From an uncultured delta proteobacterium (GTDB lineage: Bacteria > Myxococcota_A > Polyangia > Fen-1088): 64,000 nt of DNA. Below are positions 58,191 to 64,000 of the stretch, in pieces. Location of the stretch: assembly GCA_963767925.1 (NCBI GenBank), contig CAVYGB010000008.1, forward strand, positions 96,001-160,000. Reading direction: 5' to 3'. The notes beneath the pieces were generated by a model, which had not been told where the DNA came from, did no database searches, and saw only the letters and a program-made list of their open reading frames with translations. The translations under genes were made by a program, and so were the position numbers. Positions within the stretch are counted from its first letter, which is position 1; every line of letters begins with the position of its first letter.

Positions 58191-59186
58191 ATGAGACACG
58201 CCAAAGCAGCCCTTCGCTTTCTGCCGGTCCCCGGCGTGGCCCTCGCCGCCGCGCTGCTGGTCGCCGCGCCCGCGGTGTCCACCGCGGCGCCGGCCAAGAT
58301 GAAGATCGGTTACAACACCGACGACCTCGAGAAAGCCAAGACCACCGGCTTCGACTACGCCGAGATCCTCGTCCGCAACTTCACCCGCATGAGCGACGAG
58401 GAGTTCGCCAAGCTCCTCGAGAAGCACAAGGCGGTGGGGCTGCCCACGCCGGTCGGCAACAACTTCATCCCCGCCGACCTCAAGATGGTCGGGCCCGAGA
58501 TCGACAAGGAAAAGCAGATGGAGTACGTGCGCAAGGCCTTCGACCGGGCGCAGAAGCTGGGCGTGAAGGTCATCGTGCTCGGCAGCGGCGGCGCCCGCAA
58601 GGTGCCCGACGGGTTCTCCAAGGACGAGGCCTGGAAGCAGCTCGTGGAGTTCGCCAAGCGCATCGCGCCCGAGGCGAAGAAGAAGGGCGTTGTGGTGGCG
58701 GTCGAGCCGCTGCAGACCCGCGAGACGAACACCATCAACACGGCGGCCGAGGGCCTCAAGTGGGTCCAGGCGGTGGGTCACCCGAACTTCCAGCTCATGG
58801 TCGACTTCTATCACCTGTCCCTGGAGAAGGAGGACCCGGCCATCCTCGTGACCGCGCGCAAGCACATCAAGCACATCCACATCGCAAACCCCAACCAGCG
58901 GCGCTTCCCCCAGTCGTCCGAGGAGTTCGACTACTCGACCTTCTTCGCCAACCTCAAGAAGATCAAGTACACGGGTGGCATCAGCATCGAGGGGCGCACC
59001 AGCGACTACGACAACGAGGGCCCCAAGGCGCTGGCCTTCCTCCGCTCGGCGGTAGCCTCCGAGGTCAAGCCCCCGACCAACCCGCCGCCCGCCGCCGCCC
59101 CCGCCGCCCCGGCCCCCACCGCCGCCCCCGCCGCGCCCGCCCCCTCGGCCACGCCGACCAACACCAAGCCCCCGGCCACGCCGTGA
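58191..59186 (+). CDS. Secreted sugar-phosphate isomerase/epimerase (xylose isomerase-like TIM barrel)
   Basis: GFDYAE, GSGGAR, VEPL...ETN.IN, D.YH, HIH, R.FP, ISIE; signal peptide; Ala/Pro tail. Confidence 0.88.
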   Translation: MRHAKAALRFLPVPGVALAAALLVAAPAVSTAAPAKMKIGYNTDDLEKAKTTGFDYAEILVRNFTRMSDEEFAKLLEKHKAVGLPTPVGNNFIPADLKMVGPEIDKEKQMEYVRKAFDRAQKLGVKVIVLGSGGARKVPDGFSKDEAWKQLVEFAKRIAPEAKKKGVVVAVEPLQTRETNTINTAAEGLKWVQAVGHPNFQLMVDFYHLSLEKEDPAILVTARKHIKHIHIANPNQRRFPQSSEEFDYSTFFANLKKIKYTGGISIEGRTSDYDNEGPKALAFLRSAVASEVKPPTNPPPAAAPAAPAPTAAPAAPAPSATPTNTKPPATP

Positions 59187-59190
59187 GGCA

Positions 59191-59354
59191 CTAGTGCACC
59201 GCTCTCGAAATAGCGTCAAGGATCCGCCGACAAGCCTGCGGCCCCGCGAGGCGCGACGACGACGAATATCCGGCATATTCCGAGGAGGAGCAACGAAGCG
59301 GGGGCGCAGGATTGTCGGCGCAGCCTTGACGATATTTCGCGAGCGGTGCACTAG
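59191..59354. mobile_element. 164-bp palindromic MITE-like element bounded by CTAG
   Basis: 57-bp inverted arms with 6 mismatches; CTAG at both ends; inner hairpin GAATAT-CCGGC-ATATTC; non-coding. Confidence 0.75.
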
Positions 59355-59384
59355 ACTAGTCCCCTGGAACGGTGGGCCCGACCG

Positions 59385-59452
59385 CTCACCCTCCCTCTCC
59401 GCCGAATGTTCGCCCTCGCCCCGCGGCAGCGGGGAGAGGGAGGGGTGAGGGG
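59385..59452. repeat. REP-like palindrome, same family as 22036-22164
   Basis: CCCTCGCCCCGC-GGCA-GCGGGGAGAGGG followed by GGGGTGAGGGG. Confidence 0.65.
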
Positions 59453-59506
59453 TCTCCGCACGAACCGGGCGGTGAACCAGCAGACAGATCGCGGCCGCTG
59501 CCCGGG

Positions 59507-60457
59507 TCAGCGGAGGCCGAGCACCTGACACTCGGGCGCCGCCAGTTGCTGGCGGTCGAGCTCGCGCAGCAAGCGGCCAAGCTGGGCCACCCCCGCGGGG
59601 ATGGCTCGGCAGCCGTTGGGGCTGGCGCAGCCCTGGCCGATCAGCACCCCGCGGCCGTCGGCCCGCTTCACCTCGAGGACGGTGCCGTCGACCGGTCTCG
59701 TGTCGCGGCCGAACAGGGGCGGCGCCGCCTCGGCGAGCGCGCTGCGGACGTCGGGGTGCCGGAAGGCGCCCTCGATCTCGCTGGCGGTGATGGCGCCGCT
59801 GGTCCCGCAGGCGGGCAGCGCCGGCGCGCAGGAGAGGAGGGGGGTTCCCACCACGACGGGTGAGCGCACGCGGGAGTAGCGGTTGCCGGGCTCGAGGAAC
59901 GACCGTTCGGTGAACAGGCGCAGTCCGCCGATGTCTCCGTATTCGTAGCGGGCGGCCAGCTCGCACACCGGCGGGCAGCCGATGCGGGTGCAGGCGGCCT
60001 GACCGCCGGCCAGGCAGGTGCAGGTGTTGCAGCCATCTTCGGCGGGGAAGCGCTCACCTGGCTGGTACATCGCGCTGCCCACCACACACACGGCCAGCTC
60101 GCTCGCGTCCGCTCCGGGTGCGGCGGCGTCCGGCGTCGCCACCAGTGGGCCTTCGGGCCCGGGCGAGGGGCCGGCGTCCGGCGCCGGCGAGGAGGCGGGC
60201 GGTGGCAGCGCGGGCGTCGGCACCGCGGCCCCGTCCACGCAGGCCACCTTCGTGCAGGAGACGGTCGCGTCCCCGTTGCACGCGCAGGTATTGCAGCCGT
60301 CGGTGGCGGGGAAGGTGGATCCGGCCGCGTGCTCGCTGCCGCCGTAGCTGCAGGCGAGGACCGGCGGATCGACCCCCCGACAGGCCCCCCCGAGGCCGGC
60401 GGCCAGCGCGAGCATCAGGGGGATGAGCCGGACGTTGCCAGTCGGCGCGCGGTTCAT
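59507..60457 (-). CDS. Lipoprotein with two pacifastin/VWC-like Cys-rich repeats
   Basis: Lipobox LGGAC; DGCNTCACNGDATVSCTKVAC and DGCNTCTCLAGGQAACTRIGC; GGAGGAG RBS. Confidence 0.85.
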   Translation of the reverse strand: MNRAPTGNVRLIPLMLALAAGLGGACRGVDPPVLACSYGGSEHAAGSTFPATDGCNTCACNGDATVSCTKVACVDGAAVPTPALPPPASSPAPDAGPSPGPEGPLVATPDAAAPGADASELAVCVVGSAMYQPGERFPAEDGCNTCTCLAGGQAACTRIGCPPVCELAARYEYGDIGGLRLFTERSFLEPGNRYSRVRSPVVVGTPLLSCAPALPACGTSGAITASEIEGAFRHPDVRSALAEAAPPLFGRDTRPVDGTVLEVKRADGRGVLIGQGCASPNGCRAIPAGVAQLGRLLRELDRQQLAAPECQVLGLR

Positions 60458-60493
60458 GGTCTCCTCCAGCATGACCTATGGACACGCTGGTCG

Positions 60494-60509
60494 TGCAGAA
60501 CGTGTACCA
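60494..60509 (-). promoter_or_regulatory. Putative sigma54 -24/-12 promoter
   Basis: TGGTACACGTTCTGCA (GG-N10-GC), about 37 bp upstream of the lipoprotein ATG. Confidence 0.55.
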
Positions 60510-60511
60510 GG

Positions 60512-61222
60512 GTGCGCCGTGACAAGCAGCCCACCCCCGCGGCGCCCGGACCGGGCGCGCGCCACGAAAAACCGAGGGGCGCAGCGGCGGCAGCGTCAGA
60601 GCGGGCGTCGGGCCGCCCCCTGGCGCGCTACCTTCTCCGGACCTTCGTGTTCTGGGCCCTGGCGCTACCCATCGCAGCTCTGCTGGCGGCCAATGCCGCC
60701 GGGCTGACGGCGGCGGAAGAACCCGGCCCGCCCGGGCCGCTGCTGCTCGGCCGGGCGCTGGGGCTGCTGGCCCTGGTGGCTGTAGCCCTCGGGGTGGCGG
60801 CGGTAGCCACCCCCGTGCCGGCGGGCCTCATCTGTTACACCGGCTTCCTGCCGTTCCTGCGCGGCTTTCGCCAGCTCACGTCGGGGCGCTTCCGTCCCGA
60901 GCCCCCGCCCGCGGCGCCGTCTTCCGGCCGGCGGCCCTGGCTTCGCGCCGCCCGCGCGACGGTGGCCCGGGGCGCCGACCTGCTCGCGGTCGCCGTCCCG
61001 CTGTTCGCCACCCGCACCGGCGCGGAGGTAGGCGCTCTGCTGGCGGCCTGCGCCCTGGCCCTCCCGGCCGACTTGATCCGCGGCCCGCTCGAACGGCGAG
61101 GGGAGGCGGGGCTCCGGCTGCGGGCCCGGGCCGCCGGGCTTCAGCCCTGGTGCCTGGTCGCGATCGGGGCCCACGTCCTGATCGAGGGCGGGGTCTTCAA
61201 CTGGCTGATGCCCGGGCGTTGA
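60512..61222 (+). CDS. Divergent CadD-like (LysE superfamily) membrane protein
   Basis: GFLPFLRGFRQL, ATVARGADLLAVAVPLFAT, LVAIGAHVLIEGG resemble CadD segments. Start uncertain. Confidence 0.55.
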   Translation: MRRDKQPTPAAPGPGARHEKPRGAAAAASERASGRPLARYLLRTFVFWALALPIAALLAANAAGLTAAEEPGPPGPLLLGRALGLLALVAVALGVAAVATPVPAGLICYTGFLPFLRGFRQLTSGRFRPEPPPAAPSSGRRPWLRAARATVARGADLLAVAVPLFATRTGAEVGALLAACALALPADLIRGPLERRGEAGLRLRARAAGLQPWCLVAIGAHVLIEGGVFNWLMPGR

Positions 61223-62021
61223 GCCGGCTGGTCACCGGCTTCTTCCGCAGCTTCCAGCCCGGCGGCGGCCGGCGGTTGGGATCGTCGGGATCGGTGGGCG
61301 AGTAGTCGATCCAGCGGTAGCTGGGCGGCGGTCGGATGTCGACGTGCACGAACCCCCCGCGGGGATAGAGCCCCACACCCATGCCGCCGGAATCGAGGGT
61401 CTCGATGAAGGCGCTCAGCCTGGCGGCGTCCACCCCCTGCACGTGGATGTCGGTGGCCGAGCCGCGGTAGTGGTTGCTCGTCGTGCGGAGCTGGTTGCGG
61501 TAGCCCGAGGTGACCTCGATGCGGCGCCCGCCGAACCGGTCGTGGATGTGCGACAGCACGACGAACAGGCGGGGCTCGATCAACGTCTCGAGGTCGGTGC
61601 GCTTGCAGCGCAGGAGCCGGGACAGCGCCGCCAGCGCATCGACGTTGTACGAGCCGTCGCGGTTGAAGATGTTCACCTTCAGCGACTCGCGCCGGTAGAG
61701 GTTGTGCAGGAAGATGTTGCCCGAGGGAGGTGGAGGCAGCCGCCTGCGCAGCCGCTCGTCCGGGACCACGTGGCCCTGGGTGTTGCGGATCCCGGCGAAG
61801 CGCTTGTTCGGCGGGGCCGGCTTGCTCCCCGCCTCCGGCGCCCCCGCGGGATCGACGGTGGGCTGCTCCGCCTCCTCGGGCATCTCGACCTCGGGGGGCG
61901 TCTCTGCCTCTTCGGCCTCCGGCTCGGCGCTCGGCGCGGGCGGCTGCGCGTGCGCGGGCCCAAGGGACCCGGTGGCGCCGCCAAGCGCCAAAACCACGAG
62001 CGCGGATCGCAGGCTGACCAC
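61197..62021 (-). CDS. DUF882/YcbK (peptidase M15A) family protein
   Basis: Signal peptide; I.PRL, TSGYR, SNH..G.ATD, GVGLYP...FVHVD zinc ligands. Confidence 0.9.
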   Translation of the reverse strand: MVSLRSALVVLALGGATGSLGPAHAQPPAPSAEPEAEEAETPPEVEMPEEAEQPTVDPAGAPEAGSKPAPPNKRFAGIRNTQGHVVPDERLRRRLPPPPSGNIFLHNLYRRESLKVNIFNRDGSYNVDALAALSRLLRCKRTDLETLIEPRLFVVLSHIHDRFGGRRIEVTSGYRNQLRTTSNHYRGSATDIHVQGVDAARLSAFIETLDSGGMGVGLYPRGGFVHVDIRPPPSYRWIDYSPTDPDDPNRRPPPGWKLRKKPVTSRLNARASAS

Positions 62022-62130
62022 GACTCGATGAGAGTCGGCCGGCCGCCCTCACCCTGTCAATAGCGGCGTTCGCCCGCCAGGCCCCGTCCTTCCCGCGTAA
62101 GATGCGCGCCCCCATCCAAAAGGAGTCGCG

Positions 62131-63198
62131 ATGTTCGAGGAGCAAGCGGGAAACGAGGCCGCCGGGTTGCCCAGCAACCCCCGCATCCATTTTGCGGTGA
62201 TCGGCTTGAACCATCCGCACATCTACCGCCAGGTCGAGGCCCTCGCCCGGGGCGGCGGCGAGCTGGTCTCCTTCTTCGCCCGTGAGCCAGATCTCTCGGC
62301 CGCGTTCTCCAAGCGGTACCCCCACGCCCGCCTCGCCAGCAACGAGAAGGAGCTCCTGGAGTCCGACGACATCCAGCTCATCGCCAGCGCCGCCATCCCC
62401 GACGAGCGCGCGCCCCTGGGGATCGAGGCCATGCGCCACGGCAAGGACTTCCTCTCGGACAAGCCGGGGATGACCTCGCTGCAGCAGCTCGCCGAGGTCC
62501 GGCGCGTGCAGGCCAAGACCCGCCGGATCTATTCGATCATGTACAGCGAGCGGCACGAGAACCGGGCCACCGTGAAGGCGGGCGAGCTGGTCAAGGCCGG
62601 CGCCATCGGCAAGGTGGTCCACGTGCTCGGCGTCGGGCCCCACCGGCTGAACAGCAAGACCCGCCCGTCCTGGTTCTTCGAGAAGAAGCGCTACGGGGGC
62701 GTGCTGTGTGATCTGGCCTCGCACCAGTTCGACCAGTTCCTCTTCCTGACCGGCTCGACCAGGGCCGACATCGTGACCGCCCAGGTGGGCAACCTGCACC
62801 ACCCCGAACACGCCGGGCTCGAGGACTTCGGCGAGGTGCTGGTGCGGGGCGAAAACGCCACCGGCTACATCCGGGTCGACTGGTTCACCCCCGACGGCCT
62901 GCCCACCTGGGGCGACGGGCGCCTGCTCATCCAGGGGACCGACGGTCACATCGAGGTCCGCAAGAACGTCGACCTGGCCGGCCGCCCCGGCGGCGAGCAC
63001 CTGTTCCTCGTCGACAAGAAGGAGACCCGTTACTTCGACTGCAAGAACGAGCCGCTGCCCTACGGCGAGCGCCTGGTCGACGACGTCATCAACCGCACCG
63101 AGACCGCCATGCCCCAGGCCCACTGCTTTTACGCCATGGAGCTCGCCCTGCGCGCCCAGAAGTCCGCCCGCCGCCTGTCGCCCCAGCGCCCCGGCTAG
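62131..63198 (+). CDS. Gfo/Idh/MocA oxidoreductase
   Basis: IGLNHPHIY, GKDFLSDKP, GG.L.DLASH, RVDWFTPDGLPTWGDGR. Confidence 0.92.
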   Translation: MFEEQAGNEAAGLPSNPRIHFAVIGLNHPHIYRQVEALARGGGELVSFFAREPDLSAAFSKRYPHARLASNEKELLESDDIQLIASAAIPDERAPLGIEAMRHGKDFLSDKPGMTSLQQLAEVRRVQAKTRRIYSIMYSERHENRATVKAGELVKAGAIGKVVHVLGVGPHRLNSKTRPSWFFEKKRYGGVLCDLASHQFDQFLFLTGSTRADIVTAQVGNLHHPEHAGLEDFGEVLVRGENATGYIRVDWFTPDGLPTWGDGRLLIQGTDGHIEVRKNVDLAGRPGGEHLFLVDKKETRYFDCKNEPLPYGERLVDDVINRTETAMPQAHCFYAMELALRAQKSARRLSPQRPG

Positions 63199-64000
63199 CG
63201 GCGGCGCCCGCCGAGGGCGGCGCGGACGGCGTCGCTGAAGGTGGCGGCCTCGGCCGTCGTCACCTGGAGGTGGCGGGCGACCTGGCGGGGGGGCGCGCCG
63301 CGGGCAATCTCGCGGCCGACCTGATCGAGCGCATCGGCGCGCACGGCCAGGTCGCCGACAAGCGGGAAGCCCAGGGCCTCGTAGGTGCGGGCGGGGAGCT
63401 CGGGCAGGACCGGGAGGGTCAGCGGCGCGCCCTCTGTCGCGGGCGGGGGCGGCAGCCGGTCCGGCCACAGCTCGGCCGCGCACAGGGCCCGCCGGCGGGC
63501 CAGCGCCGCCGGCGCCAGCAGCGCGGGGGCGAAGACCGCCAGCCGCCCCAGCACGATGCCCTGCCCGGCCAGGAGGCTCCGCTCGGGCCCGGTCAGCTCC
63601 CGGAGCTGCTCGCGGGTCGAGGCGCCGGCCACGGTGCCGAGGCCCTGCTCGAGCTGGTAGAGCAGCCCCCGCGCCGCCGGACCGAGGGTGCGGCCGTCCC
63701 GGATCTGCAGGGGAGCCAGCAGCTCCGCCACCAGGTCGCGGGCGAAGGCCAGCAGCCGCCGCCCCAGGCGCAGCCGGGCACCGCCCCCGAGGTTGCCGGT
63801 CACCGTGGCGTCGGGGTGCAGCCGGTCCGAGCCGCGCACCAGCCGCCCCACCGCGCGCTCGCCGGCCAGGATGCGGCCCTCCTCGTCGACCTGGAAGCGG
63901 TCGTGGGCCGCATCGATGAGCGGCTCGACCCAGGCGTCGCGGCTCTCCTCGGCGCGCCGGCCGTCGTCGACCTCGGGGGCGGCGGTCCGCGCCCCCGGCA
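63195..64000 (-). CDS. C-terminal part of a probable Suv3/MgpS-like helicase-related protein (5' end beyond the window)
   Basis: Frame stays open to the window edge; A.H..F.VD..G.I......VGRL..G...L.P, L.PL....L...ARGLLYQL..GLG, AVRAD.L. No helicase motifs inside the window. Confidence 0.55.
   Translation of the reverse strand, partial: PGARTAAPEVDDGRRAEESRDAWVEPLIDAAHDRFQVDEEGRILAGERAVGRLVRGSDRLHPDATVTGNLGGGARLRLGRRLLAFARDLVAELLAPLQIRDGRTLGPAARGLLYQLEQGLGTVAGASTREQLRELTGPERSLLAGQGIVLGRLAVFAPALLAPAALARRRALCAAELWPDRLPPPPATEGAPLTLPVLPELPARTYEALGFPLVGDLAVRADALDQVGREIARGAPPRQVARHLQVTTAEAATFSDAVRAALGGRRR

Noticed and set aside
1..64000. tRNA, rRNA, prophage, integrase or transposase genes
   Set aside because: None recognised by eye; a covariance-model scan would be needed to exclude small RNAs.

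Overview
This is a very GC-rich bacterial chromosome segment, most likely Myxococcota. That call is an inference from the gene content: an MXAN_5808-type S41 protease, Ser/Thr kinase-TPR-lipoprotein cassettes, a sigma54 activator, extended ECF sigma factors and Pro-linked lipoproteins. It holds about 55 genes. These include three efflux systems (an AcrAB-TolC-like RND pump, a CusCBA-like metal RND pump and a MacAB-like ABC system), mgtE, two DGPF/YciI-ECF42 pairs, two Hanks kinases, a MEDS-hybrid kinase pair, fpr-finR, a CE15 esterase, a 5'-3' exonuclease, an Mrr-like nuclease and many secreted hypotheticals. No rRNA, tRNA, CRISPR array, integrase or transposase was seen. Several genes carry 1-2 nt frameshifts, which are probably long-read consensus errors. 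I cannot show an unequivocally new system. The best leads are: (i) a kinase-TPR-lipoprotein operon with about 72 consecutive prolines; (ii) a kinase with a sigma54 promoter, divergent from a sigma54 activator; (iii) a lipoprotein with two pacifastin-like protease-inhibitor repeats; (iv) a 164-bp CTAG-bounded palindromic MITE-like element; (v) a zinc-ribbon/Mrr fusion; (vi) a TM-anchored ECF sigma factor next to an S41 protease; (vii) gene remnants missed or misread by the ORF track (thrS, a PDZ domain and a macro-like fragment). All family assignments come from motif recognition, not database searches.
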